This document shows positions 36,371 through 37,117 of a stretch of DNA of 37,117 nt, piece after piece. Every line of letters begins with the position of its first letter. The first letter of the stretch is position 1. Both the position numbers and the translations under genes were made by a program. The DNA comes from a virus (Duplodnaviria > Caudoviricetes). The stretch covers positions 1 to 37,117 of the IMG/VR virus record IMGVR_UViG_3300006016_000021; one strand, written 5' to 3'. The notes beneath the pieces were generated by a model, which was not told the DNA's origin, searched no databases, and saw only the letters and a program-made list of their open reading frames with translations.

Positions 36371-37117
36371 CTAGTCGTCTTCTGCGAGCTGCTCGCTATC
36401 GAAACCTACCTCATCGGGATCTAGACGATCGGCGCGACGAATCCCCTCCGCAAACGCGCTGAATATGTCCTCCGTGGTTCCAAAAATAGTCGTGCTACGG
36501 AAATGCTCCGCGACTTCCGCACGGATAGTGTCGGCGGACTTCCCTTCGGGATTTCCCACAGCCCATGCTCGACCGGGGTGGATAGAGTCCCAAGGCGACT
36601 TGTTGTTCGCACGGGTTGTCGCGGCATCGCCGTGTTTGCCGATCCCGAACAATATCTTGGTTTCGTTGTTCCAAATCGGCCAAAACAAACGGATCAGATG
36701 ATTCTCGGCGGCCGCTTGGTAGCCACTTTGCACCGCCAGGGCACGGCACTCGAAATCCTCTATTTCGATACCCTGCACCTTTTCGATGTTCTTCCGGTGC
36801 TCGTTCAATCGACTGTAGAGTTTTGTTTCTTGTTCGATGACTGTTTTGGCGCCTGTCGGAGGATCCGCTTTGCCGACATATATGGGCGTCTCAGTGCCTG
36901 AGATCGGCCTGTAAATGTCCGCAGGACCATTGTAATAAATCGCGTAAACGCCCGACCCATAGAACGGCGTGATTGACCCCAGCGGATAGCGTTGCTGAGC
37001 TATCAAAGCCAGTGCCACGAAATGCCCGATCAGGCGCGGCTCTGAGGGGTCGAAAAAGGCATCGGGCAGTCGAATTGGATCGATGTCGCGCTCCAAAAGA
37101 TCAAGCGCGTCTTTCAT
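36371..37117 (-). CDS. Eco29kI-family GIY-YIG restriction endonuclease (5' end may extend beyond window)
   Basis: FYGSGVYAIYY...PIYVGKA, LYSRLNEH, AAENHLI, PIWNN, GIGKHG, SPWDSIHPGRAWA. Confidence 0.85.
   Translation of the reverse strand: MKDALDLLERDIDPIRLPDAFFDPSEPRLIGHFVALALIAQQRYPLGSITPFYGSGVYAIYYNGPADIYRPISGTETPIYVGKADPPTGAKTVIEQETKLYSRLNEHRKNIEKVQGIEIEDFECRALAVQSGYQAAAENHLIRLFWPIWNNETKILFGIGKHGDAATTRANNKSPWDSIHPGRAWAVGNPEGKSADTIRAEVAEHFRSTTIFGTTEDIFSAFAEGIRRADRLDPDEVGFDSEQLAEDD

Larger units (their letters stand above)
1..37117. mobile_element. Mu-like transposable prophage with a siphovirus-type, GTA-like tail; termini not seen in the window
   Basis: Repressor/ner/MuA/MuB/gemA/mor/lysis/gp25-30/I/T/gp36/com in Mu-like order; no sheath gene recognised. 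Confidence 0.95.

Overview
The whole window is a nearly complete Mu-like transposable prophage. It is GC-rich, and gene content suggests an alphaproteobacterial host (inference). Gene order: leftward CI-like repressor, ner, early operon (DnaA C-terminal-like HTH, ParB-like, MuA transposase, MuB ATPase, DUF3164, GemA/gp16, Mor/C activator), lysis genes, Mu-type head genes (gp25-gp30, protease I/scaffold Z, gpT), then a non-contractile tail with a GTA-like baseplate module. It ends with com, a C5-methyltransferase in place of mom, and a convergent Eco29kI-family GIY-YIG nuclease. The TG...CA ends are not visible. Most notable observations: (1) the methyltransferase appears dual-coded, with motifs I-VIII and X in one frame and a motif IX/TRD-like polypeptide nested in the +1 frame, whose ATG overlaps the com stop; (2) a PIN-domain gene with its own putative promoter is inserted antisense in the head cluster; (3) two identically spaced dyad + -10 late-promoter boxes; (4) a -1 frameshift site in the tail chaperone; (5) several structured intergenic leaders. 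All protein calls come from motif recognition and synteny, not database searches.
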